Shown: one piece after another, positions 25,736 to 37,500 of the stretch
How the letters are laid out: every line of letters begins with the position of its first letter
Numbering within the stretch: the first letter of the stretch is position 1
Assembly (NCBI GenBank): GCA_017609605.1
Contig: JAFCDO010000004.1
Location: 14,184-78,183, forward strand
From: Candidatus Parvarchaeota archaeon
GTDB taxonomy: Archaea; Nanobdellota; Nanobdellia; JAAOXT01
DNA: 64,000 nt
Reading direction: 5' to 3'
Notes under the pieces: model-generated
The model's input: only the letters and a program-made list of their open reading frames with translations
What the model was told of the DNA's origin: nothing
Databases searched by the model: none
Position numbers and translations under genes: made by a program

Positions 25736-27643
25736 ATGAAAGAGAAAAGATTTCCTATTTTTGGAAAAATAAAAGAACTATTGCCTGCCAACGCGCAGAT
25801 ATCCGATTACTTGTTCGAAGGAGCTAACATAGTTCTTTACACTAAAAACAAAAATCTTTTCCTAGAAGGAAGCGATTTGACCAGAAAAATTGTTAACACC
25901 ATAAAGAAAAGAGTGGAGTTCAGAATTGACCCTTCACTACTTCTTGGAGTTGAGCCAACAGAGGAGTTTATAAGAAAAATTATTCCAAAAGAGGCGGGTC
26001 TGAGAGACGTTTTCTTCGATAATCAAAGAAGTTTCGTGATCGTAGAGTCTGAAAACCCTGGTTCGGCCTCTGGCAGAGGGGGAGAAGTGCTCGAAGAAAT
26101 AAAAAGAAATACCCTTTGGATTCCGCGAATGATAAGAGTGCCTGCCATAAAGTCTGACATTGTTCGCACTATTCGCCGTTCACTGTTCGAGCAGTCAGAT
26201 TATAGGAGAAAATTCCTTAACTCCATAGGCGAAAAAATTTATTCAAGGTGGACTCGTGACAACAAGAAATATTGGATTCGCCTGTCCGCGTTGGGCGGTT
26301 TCAGGGAAGTCGGAAGGTCTTGCATGCTGTTGCAAACACCTCAGAGCAAGGTCATGATGGACTGCGGGGTTAACGTGGCGTCAGAAGATTACGGTTTCCC
26401 CCATCTGGAAGTTCCTGAATTCAACATTGATGAATTGGACGCGGTTATCATCACTCACTCCCACTTGGATCATTGTGGTTTCCTTCCTTACTTATTCAAA
26501 TTTGGTTACAAAGGACCAATTTACTGTACAGAGCCTACAAGGGACGTGATGACTTTACTGCAATTGGATTACATTGACGTGGCCCAAAAAGAGGGGAAAA
26601 AAATTATTTACACAAGCAAAGAGATAAAAGGATTAGTTCATAACACAATCTGTTTGAAGTACGGAGAAGTTAGTGACATAACTCCTGACATAAGAATAAC
26701 TCTTTTGAACGCTGGTCACATCCTCGGCTCTTCAATGATTCATCTTAACATTGGGAACGGTTACCACAATTTATTGTACTCCGGAGACATTAAGTACGCT
26801 AATTCTACAATGCTAGACCCTGCGCACACTTACTTCCAGAGATTGGAAACACTGATTCTTGAATCAACATACGGGGGGAGGAACAGTTTTCAACCTTCTT
26901 TAGAAGAATCTGAGAAAAAATTGTTGGATTTAACTAATAAAACGATTGAGAGAGGTGGAAAAATACTTATTCCAGTCTTAGGTGTGGGAAGAGCTCAGGA
27001 AATCATGCTTATCCTGGAAAAAGCTTTTCGTGAGAAGAAGATAAAACCCGTGAAAATTTTTGTGGATGGAATGGTGTGGGATGTTACAGCGATAAGCACG
27101 ACTTACCCCGAATTCATGAACAAAGAAGTTCGCAGACTGGTTTTCCAGAAAAACCATAATCCTTTTTTAAGCGAGATTTTCAACAGGGTTGGATCTAACA
27201 AAGAAAGAACTAAGATTATAGAGGAAGAAGGTCCGTGCATAATCCTCGCTACAAGCGGTATGCTGACAGGAGGTCCGAGCGTCACTTACCTGAACAGGTT
27301 GTGCGATAATAAGGATAACTCTTTGCTTTTCGTGTCTTATCAATCGGAAGGCTCGCTAGGAAGAGATTTGCAAAAGGGGATTAGAGAAATCCCTATTCCT
27401 AAAGGAAACAGGACAGAATTGATGAGAGTTAAGCTTGAAGTCGATACCTTGGAAGGGTTCAGCGGGCACAGTGATAGACAACAATTAATCAATTTTGTTA
27501 AACACTTAAGGCCTAGGCCAAGACGAGTAATTTTAGACCACGGAGAAAGTTCTAAATGCCTTGACTTGTCCAGCAGTCTTCACAACACTTTCCGAATTGA
27601 AACAACAGCTCCAAGAGTCTTAGACGTGGTTAGAATCAAATAG
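25736..27643 (+). CDS. aCPSF1-type beta-CASP ribonuclease with N-terminal KH domains (FttA-like termination factor)
   Basis: 635 aa. KH-like N-terminus. Metallo-beta-lactamase HSHLDHCG. Beta-CASP region. Conserved archaeal adjacency to psmB. Confidence 0.9.
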   Translation: MKEKRFPIFGKIKELLPANAQISDYLFEGANIVLYTKNKNLFLEGSDLTRKIVNTIKKRVEFRIDPSLLLGVEPTEEFIRKIIPKEAGLRDVFFDNQRSFVIVESENPGSASGRGGEVLEEIKRNTLWIPRMIRVPAIKSDIVRTIRRSLFEQSDYRRKFLNSIGEKIYSRWTRDNKKYWIRLSALGGFREVGRSCMLLQTPQSKVMMDCGVNVASEDYGFPHLEVPEFNIDELDAVIITHSHLDHCGFLPYLFKFGYKGPIYCTEPTRDVMTLLQLDYIDVAQKEGKKIIYTSKEIKGLVHNTICLKYGEVSDITPDIRITLLNAGHILGSSMIHLNIGNGYHNLLYSGDIKYANSTMLDPAHTYFQRLETLILESTYGGRNSFQPSLEESEKKLLDLTNKTIERGGKILIPVLGVGRAQEIMLILEKAFREKKIKPVKIFVDGMVWDVTAISTTYPEFMNKEVRRLVFQKNHNPFLSEIFNRVGSNKERTKIIEEEGPCIILATSGMLTGGPSVTYLNRLCDNKDNSLLFVSYQSEGSLGRDLQKGIREIPIPKGNRTELMRVKLEVDTLEGFSGHSDRQQLINFVKHLRPRPRRVILDHGESSKCLDLSSSLHNTFRIETTAPRVLDVVRIK

Positions 27644-27709
27644 CCTTGCACTTTGGTTCAAGATTGAATAAAAATTTATAAACAACGCAATTCTTTTTCT
27701 TTTTCATTG

Positions 27710-28231
27710 ATGAAAACAGGTCTTTTGATAAGGGATGCGATGACATCGGAACCAGTTCACTGCAGTAGTGACTGGACGGTTAACAAAGCTGTTGACCTCA
27801 TGATCAAAAAACGGGTTGGAAGCCTTATAGTCAAAGAAGGAGATTTCTTAAAAGGAATACTAACTGAAAGCGATTTGATAAAAAAAGTTTTATCAAAAGG
27901 AAAAAACCCTAACAAAATACTTGTTTCTGAAGTGATGACTCACGACGTGGTTACCATCGGGCCAGACAGGGACGTGACTAAAGCCATGACTTACATGGCT
28001 AAGAAAAAAGTGAGAAGACTTCCAGTTGTTGAAAAGGAGAAAATCGTGGGCGTCATAACCATGAAGGATATAATCAAGATTCAGCCAGAATTGATTGACT
28101 TATTGTTCAGGAGAAAAAAAAGTGTGAACGAAGGGTTAGGGATTATCGGGGAGTGCGAGAACTGTCAAGCCAAACAAGTTAGTCTTATGGGTGTTGGGGA
28201 CAGGCTTCTCTGCAAGAATTGCATGGAATAA
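27710..28231 (+). CDS. CBS-pair protein with C-terminal zinc ribbon
   Basis: Two CBS repeats (MTSEPV...; VMTHDVVTI...RRLPVVE...GVITMKDI) followed by CENCQ...CKNC. Confidence 0.7.
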   Translation: MKTGLLIRDAMTSEPVHCSSDWTVNKAVDLMIKKRVGSLIVKEGDFLKGILTESDLIKKVLSKGKNPNKILVSEVMTHDVVTIGPDRDVTKAMTYMAKKKVRRLPVVEKEKIVGVITMKDIIKIQPELIDLLFRRKKSVNEGLGIIGECENCQAKQVSLMGVGDRLLCKNCME

Positions 28232-28317
28232 AGTGCCACGCACAAAAATAATGTTTGACGCATGAAAAATTGGCGTAATAAAAAACTTTTTAATCACATA
28301 CTATTTCTATAATCATC

Positions 28318-28791
28318 ATGCCTGAAGAAGAAACAGTAGCTAAAACAAAGATAAAGTATAAGGGAGGGTTTGACCTAGGAGATGCTTATGATGTTCTTCA
28401 CGACTTGTTCGTGACCATGGGTTACACTGTTGAAGAAAAAAAATACAAGGAGACCGTTAAAAAGGATAAAGGAGAGAAAGATTTGCAAATAACCTGGGAA
28501 TGCGATAAGAACGTTGATGATTTCACCAAATTCATGATAAACATTAACTTCTTCATAATTGGTTTTAAGAAAGGGTGGGCTGACGCTGAAATAGCTTTCA
28601 AGTCCGCGCTCAGAACGGATTATGAAGGAAGATGGGAGACCAATCCTTTCCTGAAATTCTTAAAAGGGGTTTACAAAAAATATTTGTACAAAAGCGTTTA
28701 CGACGAGTGGAAAACGCAGGTCAGGGATGAAATGTACCAAATAAAAACTGAACTGGAATCTTACCTGAGAGTCGAGAAACTAGCCAGATAA
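28318..28791 (+). CDS. Hypothetical protein (157 aa)
   Basis: ATG ORF with AAAACTTTTTAAT about 36 nt upstream. No recognisable motif. Confidence 0.4.
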   Translation: MPEEETVAKTKIKYKGGFDLGDAYDVLHDLFVTMGYTVEEKKYKETVKKDKGEKDLQITWECDKNVDDFTKFMININFFIIGFKKGWADAEIAFKSALRTDYEGRWETNPFLKFLKGVYKKYLYKSVYDEWKTQVRDEMYQIKTELESYLRVEKLAR

Positions 28792-29025
28792 GAAAGGTTT
28801 TTAAAGGACAAAAATCGCTCTGTTTATTAATTCACACTAAAGAAAGAAATTTATTTCGTACATATTACAAATCACAGAAAAAAAATCATTAATATTCATT
28901 TGCATTGCAAAATCTTTTCACAAAAAAGTTTTTTTGGGAAAAAATCCTGACTGGTGCAAGAAGCAAAAGGTAACACCTTTTTCTGCGCGAATTTCTTTCC
29001 TTGAAGTGAGGAGGTAAACAAAAAC

Positions 29026-30210
29026 ATGGGAAAAGTTTCACAAGTATCATCAAAATACATAATACACGCTCGCATTGAAGTGTCCGGCCTTGTTGAGAAG
29101 CCAGACGTTATTGGAGCAATTTTCGGCCAAACAGAAGGATTGCTTGGCGCGGAATTAGAACTAAGAGAATTGCAAAAATCCGGGAGGATAGGCAGGATAG
29201 ACGTGTCTTTAAAATCGGGTAACGGAAAATCTTTCGGAGTCATTACTGTTCCGAGTTCGCTGGACCAGGCTGAGACCAGTCTTGTCGGCGCCGCTCTTGA
29301 AACCATCGAAAGGATTGGTCCTTGCGACGCAAAAATAAACGTTGAAAAGGTTGAAGACGTTCGCATTAACAAAAGGCAGTTCATCATTGATAGGGCTAAA
29401 GACTTGCTTAAAAAAATGGTTAGTAGTGAGATGCCTGACAGTCACGCGATAACTGATAACGTTAAAAAGTCCGTGCGGGCAATGGGGATCGTGGCTTACG
29501 GGCCTGAAAAACTTCCTGCAGGACCTTTTGTGGACGTTATGGACGAGTTATTTATTGTTGAAGGGCGAGCGGACGTGATAACCATGCTTAGGAACGGTTT
29601 CATGAATGTTATAGCTCTTAACGGGACGTCAATACCTAAAGCAATAGTTGGATTATGCAAAACCAAGATTACAACCCTTTTCATTGATGGGGATAGAGGC
29701 GGGAAAATAATTCTTAAGGAATTGTTAGCTCAGACAAAAGTGGATTTCGTTGCAGTAGCTCCTGACGGCAAAGAAGTGGAGGAACTGACCAAGAAAGAGG
29801 TTCACATCGCTATTCGAGGCAAACAGAAAGCAAATGAGTTTGTGGGCGGCAGGCCAGCGAGATTCCAAAAAAACGATGTAAGAACAAGACCTCTTAGGAA
29901 GCCTTCCATAGAACCAGCACTGTACAAAAAGTTTAAAAAAATGCTTGAAAGTCTTGTCGGCACTAAAGCTGCTTACATACTTGACAAAGAACTAGCGATT
30001 CTTGGCAAAGTGCCTGTCAAAGAGTTAGAAGCAACTCTTATGAACGTTGATAACGCGTTCGCAGTTGTTTTTGACGGTGAAATAAACTTCAGCATCGTTC
30101 AAACAAGTGAAGTAAGAAGAATTAAGTTTTTGATTGGCATGCGCGGTGAAGGAAGGTCTCGCAAAGTGAAGATTTTTAACGGCAAAAGCTTCAAGATTTT
30201 TGAAAGCTAG
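29026..30210 (+). CDS. dnaG: Archaeal DnaG (Toprim primase / exosome-associated)
   Basis: N-terminus KYIIHARIEVSGLVEKPDVIGAIFGQTEGLLG. Toprim motifs VEGRADV and DGDRGG. Strong SD GAGGAGGT upstream. Confidence 0.85.
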   Translation: MGKVSQVSSKYIIHARIEVSGLVEKPDVIGAIFGQTEGLLGAELELRELQKSGRIGRIDVSLKSGNGKSFGVITVPSSLDQAETSLVGAALETIERIGPCDAKINVEKVEDVRINKRQFIIDRAKDLLKKMVSSEMPDSHAITDNVKKSVRAMGIVAYGPEKLPAGPFVDVMDELFIVEGRADVITMLRNGFMNVIALNGTSIPKAIVGLCKTKITTLFIDGDRGGKIILKELLAQTKVDFVAVAPDGKEVEELTKKEVHIAIRGKQKANEFVGGRPARFQKNDVRTRPLRKPSIEPALYKKFKKMLESLVGTKAAYILDKELAILGKVPVKELEATLMNVDNAFAVVFDGEINFSIVQTSEVRRIKFLIGMRGEGRSRKVKIFNGKSFKIFES

Positions 30211-30258
30211 GCTTCGCTAAACATTAAAAAACTTCGAATAAATAATATATTAATTAGT

Positions 30259-31173
30259 ATGCGAAAACTATCACTATTAATTTTTTTTGTTTTGTTTCCA
30301 ATAGTTATGGGCGGAGAAGTAGGACCCCCTGCTTCCGAGCCAGAAGTGTTGGGCGGCGTTCTCGGCCCGGCAGTCGTGGTCCAGCAAGCCAACCTGTCTT
30401 TTGACATGGCGAGTGTTGAGCAAGCTTTTTTAGGAGAGCAATTCCAACCCGAACTATATTTGACGAACGTGGGAGACGGTGACGCGTTGATAACGTCTTC
30501 AGAGCTTGTCTGGACTTCGAACCAGAAGGGTTACGTGTCCGTTTCTTCTCCACAAGTCATTCCTCCAGGGTACACTTCAAGGTTTTCTTTTATCGTGGAC
30601 AAGTCTTCTTGCGTTGACTTTTCAACCAATCAAACTTTTCGTTTTAACATAACTTATTCTAACGCGACGGATGACACCGCCAATTTTCTCAGCAGTTTTT
30701 ATTGGCATAACATTAGCTCTCCATTGAGCATTAGAGGATTATCTGTGGACACCAATCAAGTGTTTCCTGTCTCGATGAGAGGTTTGGACAGGTTTACTTT
30801 CCTGTTCAGAAATGATGGAGCTGACGAGATAGATTATTCTTTGAGCGTTTCTTACCCTCAATCAGTGTTTCCAGAAATCGTTACTTCAGTTGGTGTTTTC
30901 CAGCCCGTCGACCTGCCAGACCAGAGTTTCAGCATTTCAGGGCTGGACAAGCAGGTTTTTGGAGTCATTCTTTACCCCATAACTCCTTCAGGTCCAAACC
31001 CTTTTGAGCTTAATCTGACAACGAATTGCGGTAACACTTCTCAAACCATTGGTTTCAGTTTGGAAGTCGTGTCAGAGCAGGCAGGTTTTTTCGCCACGGT
31101 TCCAGGGATTCAACCAATCTTTTTCTTAATCCTCCTGCTTTTAGCTGGATTGTTCTTATACCAAAAGCTTTAA
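30259..31173 (+). CDS. Secreted/anchored surface protein with a PGI-type C-terminal membrane tail
   Basis: Signal peptide MRKLSLLIFFVLFPIVMG. 7 N-x-S/T sequons. C-terminus VPGIQPIFFLILLLLAGLFLYQKL. Confidence 0.6.
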   Translation: MRKLSLLIFFVLFPIVMGGEVGPPASEPEVLGGVLGPAVVVQQANLSFDMASVEQAFLGEQFQPELYLTNVGDGDALITSSELVWTSNQKGYVSVSSPQVIPPGYTSRFSFIVDKSSCVDFSTNQTFRFNITYSNATDDTANFLSSFYWHNISSPLSIRGLSVDTNQVFPVSMRGLDRFTFLFRNDGADEIDYSLSVSYPQSVFPEIVTSVGVFQPVDLPDQSFSISGLDKQVFGVILYPITPSGPNPFELNLTTNCGNTSQTIGFSLEVVSEQAGFFATVPGIQPIFFLILLLLAGLFLYQKL

Positions 31174-31176
31174 AAC
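31163..31176 (+). promoter_or_regulatory. TATA-like element for the SRP RNA
   Basis: AAAAGCTTTAAAAC lies ~25-30 nt upstream of the start of the GC-rich RNA. It overlaps the stop codon of the upstream gene. Confidence 0.4.
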
Positions 31177-31199
31177 ATTCATTATCCCCGTCTTTTTTT

Positions 31200-31474
31200 G
31201 GCTAGGCCGGGCAGCTAGCAGTTGCTTGTAACCACAAACCTGCTTTACGGTGGGGCTGAAGCTTGCCATGAGGGCTTGCGTTTTGGGAGTGGCCCGCGCT
31301 TTGAGCGTCGAAGCCTCGCCCGGACGGGTGCTTGTCCTCGTGAATCGGGTCAGACGGGGAACCGAGCAGCCCTAAGCGAAGTCATTGCACGCTGTTCGGA
31401 TTACGGGGTGGAGCGAGAAGCCGGAACAACCGTTCCCGGAGCGTTTGGTTCGAAAGGCAAGCACGCCAAACTCT
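31200..31474 (+). ncRNA. Signal recognition particle RNA (7S/SRP RNA)
   Basis: ~275-nt GC-rich island in an AT-rich genome. Helix-8 signature GGGTCAGACGGGGAACCGAGCAGCCCTAAG matches the conserved GGUCAG...GGAA...AGCAGCC..AAG. A T-run follows. Ends are approximate. Confidence 0.8.
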
Positions 31475-31512
31475 AACAATTTTTATTAACTCGTAAAATC
31501 ACGAGTTATGGG

Positions 31513-34500
31513 TTGAAATCTTTCAAAAACAAGAACGCTTTGGTAGTTTTAGGGATAGGTATTTTTATCTTTTTTTTCGTGCTGGCAGGTTTCTCCAGTA
31601 AAGCGTTCTTAAAAAGAAACGTGGTTTCATTGCTCTGCGTGTTTTGGTCAGCGGTTCTTGCAATCAATTTTTTGCTTCTTGAAAATCCTGTTGGAAAGAA
31701 AGCGTTTTCAAGACTTTTTTTTTACGCTCTGATAATATCTTTTTTTACGGTTTACACAGTGTTTTTCAGTGATCCCCAAATCGTTTTGGCTGCTTCAGCA
31801 GAGTACGGGCCTTGCACGGTTGATGGGGACTGTAACTCAAATAATTGTGTTGCTAATTACACTTCACCCTGTTACACTGAATGCATAGCTGACGGTCAAT
31901 GCGCCACCCAGACTCCTGGCATAGGAGCTTTTGGCTGGTTCCCTGAAGGGAGTTGTACTCTCCAAAGAGGAGATGATTCAACAAGCGGGTGTGGTTGTGA
32001 ATGTAGCAATAACCCCGCTGACACAACTTGTTGGGATGCCACTGGCACGAAGTGTTGCTCGAATTCTGCAGATGACTGGCTTTTCACTGGAAGCTCGACA
32101 AAAGGATGCGACAACGGCGTAGTTGTTAACTGCGCTTCAGGAACAGCTTGCCGTTTCATTGACGGGGCGACAGATTATTACTGCACTGGAAGCATTTTTA
32201 CAGAGGCTTCCACGGCAGCGGGCCAAACGTGCAACACAAATTATGTTTGTGACGGGAACGAAGGGACTTGTTGCAATTCAAACCTAATAAAAGACACTGA
32301 TACGAGCACTTACAATTGTGGTTGCGACGCTTACCATGACGGGTTCGCGTGCGACGGAACCGTAACAGGTGGAACGTTCACTCAAGACAAAGTTTGCATG
32401 TTCGTGGCTGCGCAAAGTAATTACTTGTGTTACGCTGCAATGGCTTCTTATAATAGCGGACTTAACAGGTATATTTACGGCTGCGAATATCCAACGGGTA
32501 CACCTCTATACGGAGATATATGTGATACGACTTACACTAACGGGAATTTTAACGCGAATGGAGTTTGTTATGGTTCAGGGAGTTGTTGCACCACGACGTA
32601 CGTTGACGGGGACAATGATGGAAATTTTGATGACAACGACTGTGGATGCTCTTCCACCCACGATGGCAAGAGATGTGACAGCAACGTTGACAGAACTTGG
32701 GATGGTGTATGCGCGTATACTGGTGCCGCCTGGACTTGTGATACTTCAGGTGTTTTTTATGATGGATCGGATTATAGAACTGCTGGTTCTAGCGCTACTG
32801 ATGGTTATCGTTGTATGAGTGGTTCAGTGGGTTCTGGAGGCTTTTCGCAGAACGGTATGAGTTCTGCTAGTTCTTGCACTACCTCTGATGTGGTTTGTCC
32901 TAACGGGAAGGGAAGTGCTTGCTCGTCTTGTTCGGCTAGTTCTGACGGGAACATGTGTGATTCTACAGTAACGTCTGGGGATTTCGGTCAGACGGGGATT
33001 TGTGCTAGCGTGGATGGGAATTCTTTTGATTGTGACGTGTCTGGTCACGTGGTTTATACGAGCGTGTATTATGATTCTGAGTGCGCGGGTTTGGAGAGTA
33101 AGACTTGTGATGCTTCTATTGTTTCGGGGGGGAATTATGGTGCTGAAGGGGTTTGTGTTGATAGTGGTTGCGTGACTGGTTTGGTGTCTTGTAATTGTGG
33201 TGTTGATGAGTCATGTTCGGGGGATGTGACTGATGCTAAGTGTAGTAGCGCGTGTTCGGCGGGTTATGCGTGTGACGCTGATGTGGGCGGTAACGCTTTT
33301 GAGCAGGACGGGCTGTGCTTGGACGGAACGACTTGTGATAACGCAGGAGTAGTTGCTAAATCAGGAAGCACGTATTACGCTGACTGCACCGCCAATTATG
33401 TGTGCGATGATTCCATAACCTTGGGAGATTGGGTGCAAACAGGTGTATGTTATGGTGGCACGACCAATTGTTGCACCAGTAATAATGTAATAGATAGTGA
33501 TAGGAATGGGAACGCTGACGTTTGCGCTGCCTGCTCTGCCACGTATAACGGGGACAAGTATGATAGCGCGCTGACCAGCGGGGTTTACGCGAGTGAAGGA
33601 CGTTGTGCTGGTTCCACGAAGTGTACTGTTGATTACGTGGACGCTGATGATAATGATTTGTTTGATGACGCGGTTTGCGGATGTACAGTAACTTATAATG
33701 GTAAAAAATGTGTGACCGATGCTGACGCGGATTCGTGGGATGGAATTTGCGTGACGACTGATGACGGGTCAACTTGGGATTGTGTTACCAGTGGTGTTTT
33801 TTGGGATGGTACTTATTATCGGAGTAGTGGGTCTAATGCTACTGATGGTTATCGTTGTATGAGTGGTTCAGTTGGATCGGGAGGCTTTTCGCAGAATGGT
33901 ATGGGTGCTGAAAGTGTGTGCAGAACTTCTGGAACAATCGCATGCCCTGCTGGGTCTGGAAGTGCTTGTTATTATTCTTGCACTTTATCAGAGGATGGTT
34001 ACCAGTGCGATAATACTGTTACTTCTGGTGATTTCAGCCAAACCGGGGCTTGCGCCACCAACGATGATGGGTCGACATGGACTTGTGATACAGATGCTTC
34101 AGACGTGGCGAGCACTGGGACTTATAACGCGACGGACTGCTACGTGAGCGCGTCGTACAATTACTTGGCTAACTCTTGCGACAGTCTTGGTAACAGTGGA
34201 GGAAACGTGGCTTATGATGGGGTTTGCTTCCAGCAAACAGGCACGACTTGGAATTGCTGCACGACTTATTCGACCAATAGCACGGAACTCGACAACCCTG
34301 ATGTGTGCGGAAACGAGGCAACAGTTTGCGGCGCGAGCTCGAACGGTTTAAAATGCGATGACGTTAGCGACGCGACGTGGAGTCCTGGTGACCAGAGGTG
34401 CGATGAAAGCAGCACTTCTTGTCGTGTTTGCACTTTTGCGACTCACGTTGATAGCGAAGCATTATGTGAGTCAGGATGCGGAGCCAACAGTATTTGCGAC

Positions 34501-37500
34501 GAAATCGCTATAGAAGCAGTATCTGGCAATTATTGTTGTCATTCTTGCACATCCCCTGATAACACTGTGTCAGGAACAGTTGTTTGGGGTGACTGTGACT
34601 ACAGTTCGCAGACAGGATCGAGCGATTATTGTTTTGATTTGAGCGCTGACCAGTGTTTCCACCAGTCAGGGGACTCGTGCACTGCTACGGGATGGGATTT
34701 CACTGAAACGGGTTGCCCGAACCCGAGACACCAAAACCAAGCGGGAAGCTGGGTTAACAATTCTTACTGCACAAGTAACTGTGCAGACTCCGGAACGTCA
34801 TGCTATTATGAGACGGGTTCAAACACTCCTGCAGACAGGTCTGATGATTGTAGTGCGTCGGGCTGCCAAGTAACTAGTTGTTCGATGCAAAAAGGATTTT
34901 TGTGCCAGGCAACAACTGGTTGCACTTGTGATAATACTGAATGCGCTGCTGACGCTGTACGGCAGGGATACCAGACGGGCAGTTGCTCTGGCGGGGCGTG
35001 CAATTATTCTCCAAAAGTTGACACGCATTCCATGAGTCCAGACCCTGTGTACATTAACGAGGAAGTGACATTCACTGCAACAGTTTCATCGGATGATGAG
35101 GACATAGCGAAAACAGAGGTTTGGGCTTACGTTACAGGAGATTACTCTGCTTATGAGATGAGTTGCACTGATGGCTCTTGCAGTTATTCACATAACTTCA
35201 CCGACCTCGGGCAGGGACAGTATTACATCAACGTTACGGACAACAATGGCTTGAGCAACACCAGCACTGTCGCTAATTGGTATCAAGAGTCGCTAACAGT
35301 GGATTATTTGAATTTCACTCCAACAGGTCACTACCCTGAAGCTCACTTGGATTACGGGCAAGACATTGTGGTGCAAGGCCATTTAGTTAATGACAGGACT
35401 AATGCTGACGAAACAGGGATTAGTGTAACAGTGAAAGTCATCAACACTTCTTGGCTGTTAGACAATGAATATTCGTGCTCTGGAAACACTGACGGGACAG
35501 GAAACTTCACTTGTACTATGACAAGCGTAAACCTGACCAAGCCAGGAAATTACAATTTGACAGTGTTGTTGGATGAAGTTCAGAACACGGATGATATTAA
35601 GAACGATGAAAACACAACGAAAGAGTTCAAGTTTTATGAGCCAATAGTTTTCACCAATGATTTCTGGGGAAAACCAGACGAACTTCACGTGAACACCACT
35701 GCGTCGTATCAGAACACTGGAACACTTGTTTCTTGCACTGATTGCGGAAATTATACATTAATGGATGCTGATAGTGGAGAGCACAAGTACCTTTTCACAA
35801 CGGACGCTAGCGGCGTGAACAAAACTATAATCACGGATACACCTCTTAAACCCGGCGTGAACACTTTCACAACATTCGTTGAGTATTATGGTAACGGCAC
35901 TTCATCCTCTACATCCATTATCGTGAACGGAACAGTTTATTCAGTATCACTCAGTGATTCAATATTGAGCCATTCCTCAGACGATTTGACAGTAACAGTT
36001 AACGTGAATAATACTGGAAACATAAACTTGTCAAGTCTTTGGGGTTTCACCGAAATTTATTATGGAGAGGATAATCTTGAACCCCTGGGTTCTCCGGAAA
36101 CAGCGGCTAGCAAGCTGAATGATTCCGATTCGTATATTGGTTTATTAACTCCTGCACAAACCCTTCAAATGACGTATGATTACGTTTTCAACGAAACATT
36201 GCCTGTCGGAACTTATGGTTTGCTATCGTACTTTGGGGACACAAACACGGGCGGAACATCTTGGGATAATAAAGTGGGTGTCAACCAGTCTGGAAACGCT
36301 TGGAGTAATATGCTTCCACAATTTTATTTGTATAATTACACGGCAACTCATGGCTCAGTCCTCGACCCCGTAAATGTTACGGAACAAACTATTTACGCAG
36401 ATCCGGTTAGGGATGAAGAATATGGTTCTACAACGAGTTGTTATGATAGCGGGACTTGCACAATCTTGTTGAACGTGACGAGAAATGAGGAGGTTGACGT
36501 GTACGCGAAGAACGCTCAACTCACGTGGAACAGCACTAGCAGTCGTTATGATTACACTTTTTGGCCAAATCTTTGCTACGAGAACAATTACACGATTTGG
36601 GTGGGAGACACTGCAATGGTTAACAACACTTTTAACGGAACTTTCTATTTCAACTGCTCTCTTAACACTAGAGCGTTGGTGTACAGGCAACCAGAAGATG
36701 ATGAGGACATAGGAATTTTTGAAGGAAACTTTATAGATAAAACTAAAGGAACAATCACTTTTTTCTTAGAGGCTTTTGACCCTTCTGGTCACGAGAACAT
36801 AGATTTCGTGGGATGGAACATAACTAACACTGATACTGGAGAGGTTTACACGGAATTCAGTGGTTCTTGCATGAACACTAGTCTTAAGAAGTGGAGGTGC
36901 AACCAAACACTTGACCCTGAGTTATCGGGTTGTCATCAAATGAGTTCTCAAATGTATGTGCAGGGAACGAATGCTTCCAGGAATAGTTCTCGCTCCCTTA
37001 ACTTTTACGTTGACGCGATTGACGCTTTATTCGATTATGATTCTAGCGTTCTTCTTGGCACGAACCAGCCAGTGATAGGACAAGTAAGTTATTGCAGTGG
37101 AGAGACTTATGGGGATTACTCCAACCTGAGCATTGAGATAACCACTCCTACTTCTGGAGAGGTTAAGAAAACTGAGACAATCACGCCTAGCGGAAACTTT
37201 TATTCTTCTTACACACCAGACATTCAGGGCTCAAAACATTTGAGAATTGAGGTGACTGATAGCAATATGGTCAGAGGATTCACTTTATCCTTCATTGATG
37301 TAATAGCAATATCTAAAACGGTTTTGACCCTTTCTCCAATAACGCAAGCGTTTGATTTGGGCAGGGAGGGTCAAAGAGCTTACATGTACGTTATAGATAA
37401 TCCTTCCTCGGAGCCAATGAGTTATAACTTGCAGTTGACTTCAGCAGCACTGCCAATGCTTTTCAGCGATAACTTGGCATCTTATAAGAACTTGACTGTT

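Noticed and set aside
31222-31476. 84-aa ORF (MLVTTNLLYGGAEACHEG…) in the GC-rich island
   Set aside because: It lies entirely within the SRP RNA, which has a helix-8 signature, sits in a GC-rich structured region and carries no RBS or TATA spacing of its own. The open frame is a by-product of high GC.
32794-33906. Near-identical 69-nt segments as a DGR template/variable repeat pair
   Set aside because: Both copies are in frame inside the same gene. The 5 differences are not adenine-specific (G/T, T/A, T/G, C/T, A/G). No reverse transcriptase gene is present in the window.
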